The translations under genes were made by a program, and so were the position numbers. From assembly GCA_951406725.2 (NCBI GenBank), contig OX597841.1, positions 18,538,001-18,602,000 of the forward strand: a DNA stretch of 64,000 nt. The letters are read 5' to 3'. Below the pieces are notes generated by a model. It was not told the origin of the DNA. It worked only from the letters and a program-made list of their open reading frames with translations, and searched no databases. Below, piece after piece: positions 36,411-50,625 of the stretch; positions within the stretch are counted from its first letter, which is position 1, and each line of letters opens with the position of its first letter. The DNA comes from Octopus vulgaris. Lineage: Eukaryota.

Positions 36411-36814
36411 AGGCGCAGGAGTGGCTGTGTGGTAAGTAGCTTGCTAACCAACCACATGGTTCCGGGTTCAGTCCTACTGTGTGGCATCTTGGGCAGGTGT
36501 CTTCTGCTATAGCCCCAGGCCGACCAATGCCTTGTGAGTGGATTTGGTAGACAGAAACTGAAAGAAGCCTGTCATATATATGCATATATATATATGTATG
36601 TATGTATGTGTGTTTGTGTTTGTCCCCCTAGCATTGCTTGACAACCGATGCTGCTGTGTTTACGTCCCCGTCACTTAGTGGTTCGGCAAAAGAGACCGAT
36701 AGAATAAGTACTGGGTTTACAAAGAATAAGTCCCAGGGTCGATTTGCTCAACTAAAGGCGGTGCTCCAGCATGGCCACAGTTAAATGACTGAAACAAGTA
36801 AAAGAGTAAAAGAG
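36411..36814 (+). mobile_element. SINE family A, full length
   Basis: ggcgcaggagtggctgtgtggtaag head, B-box-like gggttcagtcc, and tail ggtgctccagcatggccacagttaaatgactgaaacaagtaaaagag. Confidence 0.92.
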
Positions 36815-37052
36815 TATTAGACACATGATAATAATGATGATAATGATGATAATGATGATAATGATGATAATGATGATAATGATGATAATGATGATAATGA
36901 TGATAATGATGATAATAATGATAATGATGATAATGCCCAACACAAAATGGAGATTTGGCCTCTGATGTCGCAACAAAATTGAATTATTCTTTGTTGGTTT
37001 ACACACACAAACACATACATGTATAGAGAGAGAGAGAGACATAGAGTATGAT

Positions 37053-37086
<34 letters not shown>

Positions 37087-37305
37087 GTTGGCCGGAAGTC
37101 ACTGGACAGTAAATCAAAATTCCATAAATACTTAATATTCAACTTTTATTTATTCCTTCCAATTATGAATGTTTAATAATTTTGAATCCTGTCAGATAAA
37201 ATCACTGCTTTTTTGTTTTCCACATTTGTCTATTTATTAGTGAAGTCTCATATAAAATCATTTTTTGTCTTAATCTTGGAATTTTGATTTACTGTCAGGT
37301 GTACA

Positions 37306-37677
37306 TGTATGTATGTATGTATGTAGGTATGTAGGTAGGTATGTATGTATGTATGTATGTATGTATGTATGTATGTATGTATATATGTAGGTATGTATGT
37401 ATGTATGTATGTATGTATGTATGTATGTAGGTATGTATGTATGTGCGTATGTATGTATGTATGTATGTATGCATGCATGTATGTATGTATGTATGTATGT
37501 ATGTATGTATGTAGGTAGGTATGTATGTATGTATGTATGTATGTATGTATGTATATATGTAGGTATGTATGTATGTGCGTATGTATGTATGTATGTATGC
37601 ATGCATGTATGTATGTATGTATGTATGTATGTATGTATGCATGCATGTATGTATGTATGTATCTGTGTGTATGTATG

Positions 37678-37739
<62 letters not shown>

Positions 37740-37886
37740 TGCATGCATGCATGTATGTATGTATGTATGTATGTATCTGTGTGTATGTATGTATGTATGT
37801 ATGTATGTATGAATTATGTATGTTTGTATGTATGTATGTATGTATGTATGTATGTATGTATGTATGTATGTATGTATGTATGTATG

Positions 37887-37922
<36 letters not shown>

Positions 37923-39342
37923 TGTATGTATGTATGTATGTATGTATGTATGTATGTATGTATGTATGTATGTATGTATGTATGTTTGTGTATGTATGTA
38001 TGTATGTATGTATGTATGTATGTATGTATGTATGTATGTATGTATGTATGTATGTATGTATGTATGTATGTATGTATGTATGTATGTATGTATGTATGTA
38101 TGTATGTATGTATGTATGTATGTATTATGTATGTATGTATGTATGTATGTATGTATGTATGTATGTATGTATGTATGTATGTATGTATGTATGTATGTAT
38201 GTATGTATGTATGTATGTATGTATGTATGTATGTATGTATGTATGTATGTATGTATGAATTATGTATGTGTGTATGTATGTATGTATGTGTGTATGTATG
38301 TATGTATGTGTGTATGTATGTATGTATGTATGTATGTATGTATGTATGTATGTATGTATGTATGTATGTGTGTGTGTATGTATGTATGTGTGTATGTATG
38401 TATGTATGTATGTATGTATGTATGTATGTATGTATGTATGTATGTATGTATGTATGTATGTATGCATGCATGTATGTATGTATGTATGTATGTATGTATG
38501 TATGTATGTATGTATGTATGTATGTATGTATGTATGTATGTATGTATGTATGTATGTATGTGTGTATGTATGTATGTGTGTATGTATGTATGTATGTATG
38601 TATGTATGTATGAATTATGTATGTATGTATGTATGTATGTATGTATGTATGTATGTATGTATGTATGTATGTATGTATGTGTGTGTATGTATGTATGTAT
38701 GTATGTATGTATGTATGTATGTATGTATGTATGTATGTATGTATGTATGAATTATGTATGTATGTATGTATGTATGTATGTATGTATGTATGTATGTATG
38801 TATGTATGTATGTATGTATGTATGTATGTATGTATGTATGTATGTATGTATGTATGTATGTATGAATGTATGTATGTATGTATGTATGTATGTATGTATG
38901 TATGTATGTATGTATGTATGTATGTATGTATGTATGTGTGTATGTATGTATGTATGTATGTATGTATGTATGTATGTATGTATGTATGTATGTATGTATG
39001 TATGTATGTATGTATGTATGTATGTATGTATGTATGTATGTATGTATGTATGTATGTATGTATGAATTATGTATGTATGTATGTATGCATGCATGTATGT
39101 ATGTATGTATGTATGTATGCATGTATGTATGTATGTTTGTATGTATGTATGTATGTATGAATTATGTATGTGTGTATGTATGTATGTGTGTGTGTATGTA
39201 TGTATGTGTGTATGTATGTATGTATGTGTGTATGTATGTATGTATGTATGCATGTATGTATGTACATACATACATACATACATATATATATACATATCTA
39301 TATACATATATATATGTGTGTGTGTATATGTATATATCTGTC

Positions 39343-39380
<38 letters not shown>

Positions 39381-39463
39381 GACAGATATATACATATATA
39401 TATATATACAGATATATATATATATATATTTGTATATATATGTATATCTATCTCTCTCAATCT

Positions 39464-39530
<67 letters not shown>
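37306..39530. repeat. ~2-kb (TATG)n array ending in (TA)n/(CA)n
   Basis: Direct reading; recurrent tatgaattatg interruptions. Confidence 0.95.
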
Positions 39531-39536
<6 letters not shown>

Positions 39537-39687
39537 GGTTTGGAGGTGATGTACAGGTATTATATATAAGAAGAAATCTGGATGGTTTTATATTTACAGA
39601 TTTTTATTAATGTCGCATGTTTTCATAAATCATAGATTAGTGGTGTATAAAACCATCCAGATTTCTGAGTACCTTATTTCTTCTAAC

Positions 39688-39722
<35 letters not shown>

Positions 39723-39844
39723 TATTACTTTTTTCTAATTTATGTATGTATGTATATATGTGTGTGTGTGTGCATGTGTGTGTATGCGTGTGAGTGTATG
39801 CATGTTTCTATATATATGTATGTGTTTGTGTGTGTATATATATA

Positions 39845-40229
39845 CTCTTTACTCTTTTACTCTTTTACTTGTTTCAGTCATTTGACTGTGGCCATGCTGG
39901 AGCACCGCCTTTAATCAAGCAAATCGACCCCAGTACTTATTCTATCAGTCTCTTTTGCCTAACCGCTAAGTAACGGGGACATAAACACACCAGCATCGGT
40001 TGTCAAGCAATGCTAGGGGGACAAATACAGACACACAAGCACACACACGCATGTATATATATACATATATACGACGGGCTTCTTTCAGTTTCCGTCTACC
40101 AAATCCACACTCACAAGGCTTTGGTCAGCCCGAGGCTATAGTAGAGACACTTGCCCAAGGTGCCACGCAGTGGACTGAACCCAGAACCATGTGGTTGGTT
40201 AGCAAGCTACTTACCACACAGCCACTCCT
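39845..40229 (-). mobile_element. SINE family A, near full length
   Basis: Family sequence in reverse. Confidence 0.9.
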
Positions 40230-40249
40230 ATATATATATATATATATAT

Positions 40250-40296
<47 letters not shown>

Positions 40297-41590
40297 AAAG
40301 ACACTAAGGTGTAATTTGAAGGAAATCCAGTCGCTATTTCTGGCAGGATGAGTGACCACATTGACACAGTAATCAAATATAGTGCAGATGTAAAAAAAAA
40401 AAACAGACAAAAATAAGCAGAGAAATAAAGGTTTGTAGTTCAAATAGAGTTGGGTACCCTGTAAACACCCAGGAATAAAACATAAAGTGCTTATAACGAC
40501 AGATAGATGTAAGTATTAAGAAATCCTCCATGTTGAGGTTTATGACAAGTCCTGAAAATGTTCAAGTTTAATGCCTGTGTGGTGACATGGAAAAGTACCT
40601 GTACAGTGTCACATAAAAGTGCCATGAAAAAGTGCCATGAAAAAGTGCCATGAAAAAGTGTCGATGTGGTGTCACATAAAAGTGCCCCTGTTATACCATG
40701 TCAAAGCAGCCATGTGGTGCCATGTAAAAGTGCCTTTGTGGCACTACATACAGAACCCAGCACACCCTGTAAAGTGGTTGGCATTAGGAAGGGCCTCATC
40801 CAACCATAGAAACCAGATCAGACTGGAGTCTGGTGCAGCTCCCCAGTTTGCCAGGTCTGGTCAAACCGTCCAACCCATGCTAGCACGGACAATGGGCATT
40901 AAATGACGATGAATAACCATAAAATTTGTTTCTTGTCTTCGGCAGCAATTGTTGATTCTCCAACAATGAATATTAGAAAGATTTTACGCATTGGGCTTTC
41001 AAAGCGACAGAAAATACCTGCACTACATCCATATATTAAGAGAAGAAGAATTGATGATGAGTGATGTATACAAGAGTTCTGTTGTTTATACTTTATACTT
41101 TTTATACCTTTTAGCACTTACGTTCAAAGTGTCCAGATCTGGTCTCTCACACTTATCCTACCATGTCATTCTAAAAGTAAGCAATCACATCATCAAAATC
41201 TTGAAGCTTCAAGCAATTGCATGATTCATTTAAAGTAATATAAATACATTCGACAGAGTTACCTGAATGCTAAAGGGTTAAGGAAAGAGTAGTGGTGATG
41301 GATTTGTGGAGTATTTTAGGGTTTTCAGTTTTCTATAGCCCCAAGATGACCATAATTTGTTAGTGGATTTGGTAGACAGAAACTGAAAGTCTCCTGTAGT
41401 TTATAAATATGTGTGTGTGTGTGAGAGAGAGAGAGTGTGTGTGTGTGTGTGTGTGTGTGTGAGTGTGTATGTATATGAGTGTAAGTGTGTATGTGTGCGT
41501 GTGGAAGTGTGAGTGTGTGTGTATGTACATGAGTGTGTGACTGTGTGTATGTGTGCGTGTGAAAGTGTGAGAGTGTGTGTGTATGTACAT

Positions 41591-41636
<46 letters not shown>

Positions 41637-41844
41637 ATGCGTTTCTGTCTCTTTGTCTTGATATTGCATGAGACTCGTAAACGAGTGTCACTGTCGTACA
41701 AGCAGTGTCATTCATTTCCAGTATTCTGTGAGAACATGGCTGACCATAGGAAAATGCTACCTTGCTTGGAAGGGCAGCTGGTTATAGAAAATCTGCCTCA
41801 GACTCTGTCCAATCCATGCAAGCCTGGAAAAGTGGGCACTAAAA

Positions 41845-41886
<42 letters not shown>

Positions 41887-42648
41887 AATGATGATGGTTG
41901 CTGTTGTTGTTGTTGTTGTTGTTATGGTGGTGGTTGCCTGACCCAAAGTTAGCCTTGCTGAATGAGACATTCCATCAAAGACATTCCTACCATGACCACC
42001 TTGCCATTTTGTGTAGCCAAGACTACATTATTCAAGGCGTCCCTCCATTTCTTTTTTTTTGAGACGTGATGATGCGATTTCACTGCCAATTGTAGCAAGT
42101 CAAGCCACCACTTAGAAGTTCCCTTCAAATGACATGGCAAGTTGTGGGGGAAAAAGACCAAAATACTCCAGATCTGTTAATGTTAAATTAAAATTTTGTT
42201 GTTGTTGTTGTTGTTATTGTTTAATCCTGTCTTTTATTCCGGCATCGAGTCTCTAGGACTACATTATCTAATGTGTCATTTCTTCTTTTAAGATATAAGA
42301 GCTGTGTGTCATGTTCTTGAGCAAGACTCTTTATTTTCACCTTGCTCCAGTTCACTCAGCTGTAGAAATGAGTTGCAACATCACTGGTTTCCAGCTGTAT
42401 CAGCCCCTTTGCCTTTTACCTTGGACAACATCAGTGATGCGTAGAGGGGAGGCCGGTATGCATGGGTGACTGCTGGCCTTCCACAAAACAACCTTGCCCA
42501 GACTTGTGCCTTCATCAGCGAAGGGGGATCTTTACACAAGAAAGCAATGTGATTAAGTTATCGTTACTATTTCCTACAAGTGGCCACATAAAAGCTGCTT
42601 TGTTAGTTTCTGGTGCTGCCATTCAAGTGGAGGTGTATGACCTCTAGT

Positions 42649-42880
42649 GGAGGTGCATGGCTTAGTGGTTAGGGTGTTGGACTCATTCACAACCATAAGA
42701 TTGTGGTTTCAATTCCTGGACTTGAGCAAAACACTTCATTTCATGTTACTCCAGTCCACTCAGTTGGCAAAAATGAGTTATCCTGTGATGGACTGGTGTC
42801 CGGTCCAAGTGAGGAATTTATACACCCTGGAAACCAGGAGACTGGCCCTTATGAGTTGGCCTGACTCAAGAAGGTAACCT
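42649..42880 (+). mobile_element. tRNA-derived SINE family D
   Basis: ggtgcatggcttagtggttagggtgttggactc...ggtttcaattcc...cttgagcaaaacacttcatttca..ctccagtccactcag. Related copies at 34740-34880, 42305-42520, 59050-59340(-), 59640-59990(-) and 60040-60320(-). Confidence 0.7.
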
Positions 42881-43926
42881 TCACCTAAGTTTACTTATCT
42901 CCAGAGTGTGCATCTAAGCCTATATTGCCTAAGTTCCAATTCGGACCTATAATCAAATAGAGGTACCAGCCATAGACATCCCATCTTTATTTAGTCAGCG
43001 TATCTAAGAATACTCATTGAATACATTTAGGGGTTCATTCCAAAGTTGGTCAGAATGGTTTCTTCTGGTCAGTGTCATAACACATTAAGGATTCTTCTGG
43101 GTGGGTCATTGGTCCTCCACAGAATAGTCAGGTGATAGGGCAGCTATCCTGATGATGTGCTGTGGGTCACCATTTGTCTGGGACCTCGTCAGAACACCAA
43201 GAATACCAGAACACCCAGGGTGGCCCTTGCCAGGAGCAAAACTCCAGATGGTAGTGCTCTCTTGGATCTATGGAGCATGCAAAGCCCCGTCACTATGACA
43301 AGAGCAGACCCAGGAGGGAGATGCAGAGAGGTTGGCACAGAATTACCAGCGATGGAGAGCACTGGTCAGCTGTACACATGATGATGCCTCTGGGACCAGC
43401 ATCCTGGGATAACCCCAGCCCCTTTAAGCAAGCATCTAAAAATCCATTATTCAATGTGTCATTCCTTGTTGGCATCAACTTTGACAAAACAATTCTATGA
43501 TCAAATAGATGTTCCATACATGACCAACCTGTCTTTATTCAGACATAGCATTTATGGAAGACTACATTATCCTTTCTTCTTAAACAGTCAGATGCCATTT
43601 TAGGGAAGCTTGGCTGTTGTTTCTTTTTCAGCAGACTGAGTGATTAAATAAAACTTCATGTACAAGTGTTAAGGGTGTAGTGTTGTGGTTGTGTTATATC
43701 AATAACACACACACACACACTTATGCATGCACACACACACACACACACACACATGCACACATAACATACGCATACACACATGCACATACACACATACACA
43801 CATGCACTCACACACATATACACACATACACACACATAGGCACACACATGCACACACACATACACAGGCACACACACATGCACACATAACATACACATTC
43901 ACTCACACACATACACACACACACAT

Positions 43927-43998
<72 letters not shown>

Positions 43999-44146
43999 AA
44001 GCACACACACACACACACAGAGGTTGAGTTCTGAGATGAGAAGTTAAGCCAGTCCTCTTCCTTCCAATCAATTCATCACAACACATTTTTTTCTCCCCAT
44101 TTTTCCCCTCTCAATCCTTCTTGTGGAAGAGCAGAGGCACAAAACA

Positions 44147-44246
44147 NNNNNNNNNNNNNNNNNNNNNNNNNNNNNNNNNNNNNNNNNNNNNNNNNNNNNN
44201 NNNNNNNNNNNNNNNNNNNNNNNNNNNNNNNNNNNNNNNNNNNNNN
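44147..44246. other. Assembly gap (100 N)
   Basis: Run of N; the true length is unknown. Confidence 0.99.
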
Positions 44247-46690
44247 TTAACGTATTAGCCTATGAAGATAAAAGTATTGAGTCTAATACAGAGATTAAAG
44301 TATAGGTCTATGGAGATTAACGTATTAGCCTATGAAGATAAAAGTATTGAGTCTAATACAGAGATTAAAGTATAGGTCTATGGAGATTAACGTATTAGCC
44401 TATGAAGATAAAAGTATTGAGTCTAATATAGAGAGATTAAAGTATAGGTCTATGGAGATTAACGTATTAGCCTATGAAGATAAAAGTATTGAGTCTAATA
44501 TAGAGATTAAAGTATAGGTCTATGGAGATTAACGTATTAGCCTATGAAGATAAAAGTATTGAGTCTAATACAGAGATTAAAGTAACGGTCTATGGAGATT
44601 AACGTATTAGCCTATGAAGATAAAAGTATTGAGTCTAATACAGAGATTAAAGTATAGGTCTATGGAGATTAACGTATTAGCCTATGAAGATAAAAGTATT
44701 GAGTCTAATACAGAGATTAAAGTATAGGTCTATGGAGATTAACGTATTAGCCTATGAAGATAAAAGTATTGAGTCTAATACAGAGATTAAAGAGTAACGG
44801 TTTATGGAGATTAACGTATTAGCCTATGAAGATAAAAGTATTGAGTCTAATACAGAGATTAAAGTAACGGTTTATGGAGATTAACGTATTAGCCTATGAA
44901 GATAAAAGTATTGAGTCTAATAAACAGATTAAAGTAACGGTTTATGGAGATTAACGTATTAGCCTATGAAGATAAAAGTATTGAGTCTAATACAGAGATT
45001 AAAGTAACGGTTTATGGAGATTAACGTATTAGGCTATTGGCTAAGATAAAAGTATCGAGTCTAATATAGAGATTAAAGTATAGGTCTATGGAGATTAACG
45101 TATTAGCCTATGAAGATAAAAGTATTGAGTCTAATATAGAGATTAAAGTATAGGTCTATGGAGATTAACGTATTAGCCTATGAAGATAAAAGTATTGAGT
45201 CTAATACAGAGATTAAAGTATAGGTCTATGGAGATTAACGTATTAGCCTATGAAGATAAAAGTATTGAGTCTAATACAGAGATTAAAGTATAGGTTTATG
45301 GAGATTAACGTATTAGCCTATTTAGATAAAAGTATCGAGTCTAATATAGAGATTAAAGTATAGGTCTATTGAGATTAACGTATTAGCCTATGAAGATAAA
45401 AGTATTGCGTCAAAAACAGAGATTAAAGTATAGGTCTATGGAGATTAAGGTATTAGCCTATGAAGATAAAAGTATTGAGTCTAATACAGAGATTAAAGTA
45501 ACGGTTTATGGAGATTAACGTATTAGCCTATGAAGATAAAAGTATTGAGTCTAATAAACAGATTAAAGTAACGGTTTATGGAGATTAACGTATTAGCCTA
45601 TGAAGATAAAAGTATTGAGTCTAATATAGAGATTAAAGTATAGGTCTATGGAGATTAACGTATTAGCCTATGAAGATAAAAGTATTGAGTCTAATACAGA
45701 GATTAAAGTAACGGTTTATGGAGATTAACGTATTAGCTTATGAAGATAAAAGTATTGAGTCTAATACACAGATTAAAGTATAGGTCTATGGAGATTAACG
45801 TATTAGCATATGAAGATAAAAGTATTGAGTGTAATACAGAGATTAAAGTATAGGTCTATGGAGATTAACTTATTAGCCTATGAAGATAAACGTATTGAGT
45901 CTAATAGAGAGATTAAACTATAGTCTATGGAGATTAACGTATTAGCCTATGAAGATAAAAGTATTGAGTCTAATACAGAGATTAAAGTATAGGTCTATGG
46001 AGATTAACGTATTAGCCTATGAAGATAAAAGTATTGAGTCTAATACAGAGATTAAAGTATAGGTCTATGGAGATTAACGTATTAGACTATGAAGATAAAA
46101 GTATTGAGTCTAATACAGAGATTAAAGAAACGGTTTATGGAGATTAACGTATTAGCCTATGAAGATAAAAGTATTGAGTCTAATACAGAGATTAAAGTAA
46201 CGGTCTATAGAGATTAACGTATTAGCCTATGAAGATAAAAGTATTGAGTCTAATACAGAGATTAAAGAAACGGTTTATGGAGATTAACGTATTAGCTTTT
46301 GAAGATAAAAGTATTGAGTCTAATATAGAGATTAAAGTATAGGTCTATGGAGATTAACGTATTAGCCTATGAAGATAAAAGGATTGAGTCTAATACAGAG
46401 ATTAAAGAAACAGTTTATGGGGATTAACGTATTAGCCTATGAAGATAAAAGTATTGAGTCTAATATAGAGATTAAAGAAACAGTTTATGGGGATTAACGT
46501 ATTAGCCTATGAAGATAAAAGGATTGAGTCTAATACAGAGATTAAAGAAACAGTTTATGGGGATTAACGCATTAGTCCATAGAAATGACATGATTGGTCT
46601 AAAGGGGTGGAAGTATGACGCTGTAGATAGAAAACGGTTTATGGAGATTAACGTATTAGCCTATGAAGATAAAAGTATTGAGTCTAATCG
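44247..46690. repeat. 70-bp satellite, about 33 copies, truncated by the gap
   Basis: Unit ttaacgtattagcctatgaagataaaagtattgagtctaatacagagattaaagtataggtctatggaga (first two starts at 44247 and 44317). Confidence 0.97.
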
Positions 46691-46785
46691 GGCAGAGATT
46701 AGACCTCGCGGTGTCTTCGAGATGCTGCCTCACAACCATGGTTGTCACGCGTTTAAAATGACATGATTGGTCTAGATATGCTTTG

Positions 46786-46808
46786 TGCAGCAGTAGTGGT
46801 AGTAGTAA

Positions 46809-46848
<40 letters not shown>

Positions 46849-46855
46849 GGTGGTG

Positions 46856-46908
<53 letters not shown>

Positions 46909-48016
46909 GGTGGTGGTGGTAGGAGTAGTAGTAGTGGTGGTGGTGGTAGTAGTAATAGTAGTCGTGGTGGTGGTAGTAGTAATAGTAGTGGTGGTGGTGG
47001 TGGTGATGGTAGTAGTAGTCGTAGTAGTAGTAGTAGTAGTAGTAGTTGTGGTGGTGGTGGTGGTGGTAGTAGTAGTTGTAGTAGTAGTAGTAGCAGTAGT
47101 AGTGGTAGTACTGGTGATGGTAGTAGTGGTAGTGGTGGTGGTGGGGGTTGTGGTAGTTGTAGTAGTAGTAGCTGTAGTAGTAGCAGCTGTAGTAGTAGTA
47201 GCTGTAGTGGTAGTAGCAGCTGTAGTAGTAGTAGTAGCTGTAGTAGTAGTAGCAGCTGTAGTAGTAGTAGTAGTAGTAGTAGTAGCGGTAGTAGTAGTAG
47301 TAGTAGTATCGGTAGTAGTAGTAGAAGTTGTGGTGGTGGTGGTGGTGATGGTGGTGGTTGTGGTAGTAGTAGTAGTAGTAGTAGCTGTAGTAGTAGTAGT
47401 AGTAGTAGTAGCTGTAGTAGTAGTAGTAGTAGTAGTAGCTGTAGTAGTAGTAGCAGCTGTAGTAGTAGTAGTAGTAGTAGTAGCTGTAGTAGTAGTAGTA
47501 GTAGTAGTAGTAGCTGTAGTAGTAGTAGTAGTAGTAGTTGTAGTAGTAGTAGTAGCTGTAGTACTAGTAGTAGTAGCAGCTGTAGTAGTAGTAGTAGTAG
47601 TAGTAGTAGCTGTAGTAGTAGTAGCAGCTGTAGTAGTAGTAGTAGTAGCTGTAGTAGTAGTAGTAGCTTTAGTAGTAGTAGTAGTAGTAGTAGCGGTAGT
47701 TGTAGTAGTAGTAGTAGCGGTATTAGTAGTAGTAGCTGTCGTAGTAGTAGTAGCTTTAGTAGTAGTAGTAGTAGTAGCGGTAGTAGTAGTAGAAGTTGTG
47801 GTGGTGGTGGTGGTGATGGTGGTGGTTGTGGTAGTAGTAGTAGTAGTAGCTGTAGTAGTAGTAGCTGTAGTGGTAGTAGTAGCTGTAGTAGTAGTAGCAG
47901 TAGTAGTAGTAGTAGTAGTATCGGTAGTAGTAGTAGAAGTTGTGGTGGTGGTGGTGGTGATGGTGGTGGTTGTGGTAGTAGTAGTAGTAGTAGCTGTAGT
48001 AGTAGTAGCTGTAGTG

Positions 48017-48050
<34 letters not shown>

Positions 48051-48070
48051 CTGTAGTAGTAGTAGCAGCT

Positions 48071-48158
<88 letters not shown>

Positions 48159-48160
48159 CT

Positions 48161-48215
<55 letters not shown>

Positions 48216-48409
48216 CAGCTGTAGTAGTAGTAGTAGCAGTAGTAGTAGTAGCAGCTAGTAGTAGTAGTAGTTGTGCTGTAGTTGTAGTAGTAGTAGCAGC
48301 AGTAGTAGTAGTAGTAGCTGTAGTAGTAGTAGTAGTTGTAGTAGTTGTAGTAGTAGTAGTAGTAGTAGTAGTAGCTGTAGCAGTAGTAGTAGTAGTAGCT
48401 GTAGCAGCT

Positions 48410-48449
<40 letters not shown>

Positions 48450-48460
48450 CTGTAGCAGCT

Positions 48461-48494
<34 letters not shown>

Positions 48495-48532
48495 CAGCAG
48501 CAGCAGCAGTAGTAGTAGTAGCAGCAGCAGTT

Positions 48533-48575
<43 letters not shown>

Positions 48576-48633
48576 CAGTAGTAGTAGTTGTAGTAGTAGT
48601 TGTAGTAGTAGTAGTAGTAGCAGTAGTAGTAGT
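46786..48633. repeat. Compound (GTA)n trinucleotide array with GTG/GCT/GCA variants
   Basis: Direct reading, ~1.85 kb. Confidence 0.95.
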
Positions 48634-48901
48634 CGGCTGTTGCCATTGTGATGTGGCCGTCTCCTACATTTCGTAGTTGGTGTGTTTGTGGCAGCGTGAA
48701 AGAGGAGGAGATGGAGTTAGAGAGGGAGGGAGGCGGAAGAAGGTGAGAGAGTGTGAGAAATAGTGAGCAGGAGAGAGTGAGAGTGATGGCGATAGAGAGA
48801 GAATGTGCTTGAGAGAGAGAGAGAGAGAGAGATGGATGGATTGACGGTCATTCCATGTTTAAATGTAGGAAAGAAATGAAAGAGAAAATGAAGAAGAACT
48901 C

Positions 48902-48955
<54 letters not shown>

Positions 48956-48965
48956 TGAAAGCGAT

Positions 48966-49048
<83 letters not shown>

Positions 49049-49529
49049 TATGGATAGATAGATAGGCAGATCCTTACATATATGAGGGGAAGAGGATAGG
49101 GGTAAATAAAGGGGGAAAATAAGATATTGAGAGAGAGGAATGGGGTAAAAGTATTTGTCTGAAAGAGAAAGTGAGGGAAAGAGAAATATAAGCCTTAGGA
49201 AGAGAGATAGAAAGATTAAGGGAAAGAGAGGTAGAGACACGCAGAAGAAGATAGAAAGAAAAGGGTGAGAGAGAGAATGAATAAGTGTGAGAAGAAGTAG
49301 GAGGCAAATCGTGAGAGAGAAGATGGAGGGTGTTGAGTATGAGGAAGAGTGAGTGAGGTTTGAAACACAATGTGTGAAAGATAGATAGAGAGAGAGAGAG
49401 AGAGAGAGGGCTGAGACACAATGTGTGAAAGAGAGAGAAAAGATTGAGACACAATGTATGAAAGAGAGAGACACATGTGAAAGAGAAAGTGAAACACAAT
49501 GTATGGAATAGGGAGGGAGATATTTTGTA

Positions 49530-49568
<39 letters not shown>

Positions 49569-49668
49569 TAGGTAGAAGAGAAAGAGATGGCCCTTCTGAT
49601 GGAGAAAGGACGGAGAGATAGAGGGATAGTGTAAGATAACGATATAAATACACACACACACACATATT

Positions 49669-49700
<32 letters not shown>

Positions 49701-49742
49701 AAGAGAAACTGAATAAGAGAGGGGGAGTGAGAGATAGTCTGT

Positions 49743-49776
<34 letters not shown>

Positions 49777-50078
49777 ATTATGTAAGCTATATGAAAATGA
49801 GAAAGAGTCATATGATATAAGGAGTGAAGAAGAGAGGGAGGAAACGAGAGACAGAGAAAGCGATTGGGAGAGAAAAGGAGAGAGAAGACAGTGGAAAATG
49901 TAAACTGGACATTTGTGTGTTTGTTGTGTCTGTGTGTCTGTTTGAGAGTGAGTGTGAGTGGAGTGGAGGTGTGAGTGTGTCTGACGAAACACAAGTCGTG
50001 AGTGTGTGTGAGTGTGTGTATGAGTGGTTTAAACATACACACTTGCATTCACACACTCACATACATACATTCCTATCC

Positions 50079-50131
<53 letters not shown>

Positions 50132-50625
50132 CTTTATATATACCTATCTATTTGTATATATATATATATACATATATATATCTGTGTATGTCTCAGCTAC
50201 ATTCATACAGCATACATAAATTCATTCACAAACACACACCGACACACACATATATGTGCATATGTATATATTCGTGCGTAAGGGCGAACATTTAGTTGTA
50301 CAGATGTATGTTATCTGTCGAATATATATACACACACATATAAACGCGTGCACAACATAATATAATTTCAATATACAAGAATGTCACATAGTACAATACA
50401 CTAGATGCATGCTTGAGCGTACATACATACATACATATATACATACATCGTATGATATGTATACGTATACATACAGATACACGCGCAAATATATACGTTT
50501 GTATATATATATGTATGTATATTATATATGTTGTATATACATGTATAGCTAAAATGGTTGTGAAATCGCATGTTGGTGTGTGAATAGCAGGTGCTTTTGA
50601 AGAGACACAAAAAACCCCGGGAACC

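Noticed and set aside
36411-36485. tRNA genes at SINE heads (also 3278, 30620, 42649, 61170)
   Set aside because: A/B-box-like motifs are present but no complete cloverleaf, and each continues into SINE body sequence.
30489-39610. Long ORFs of MYVC/HTYI/YI repeats (up to 624 aa), and similar ones elsewhere
   Set aside because: Translations of TATG, TA, CA and TCTA microsatellites that lack stop codons by composition.
43090-43385. Possible RTE 5' end with an HDV-like ribozyme (also ~34885-35070 and ~61960-62200)
   Set aside because: Resembles LINE 5' leader sequence, but I could not build the nested double pseudoknot by eye; needs a covariance-model search.
44247-46690. CRISPR-like regular array
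   Set aside because: Units are contiguous with no unique spacers, there are no cas genes, and the context is eukaryotic; it is a satellite.
46763-48676. 637-aa poly-Val ORF and antisense poly-Tyr ORF
   Set aside because: Trinucleotide array; no domain, splice or codon evidence.
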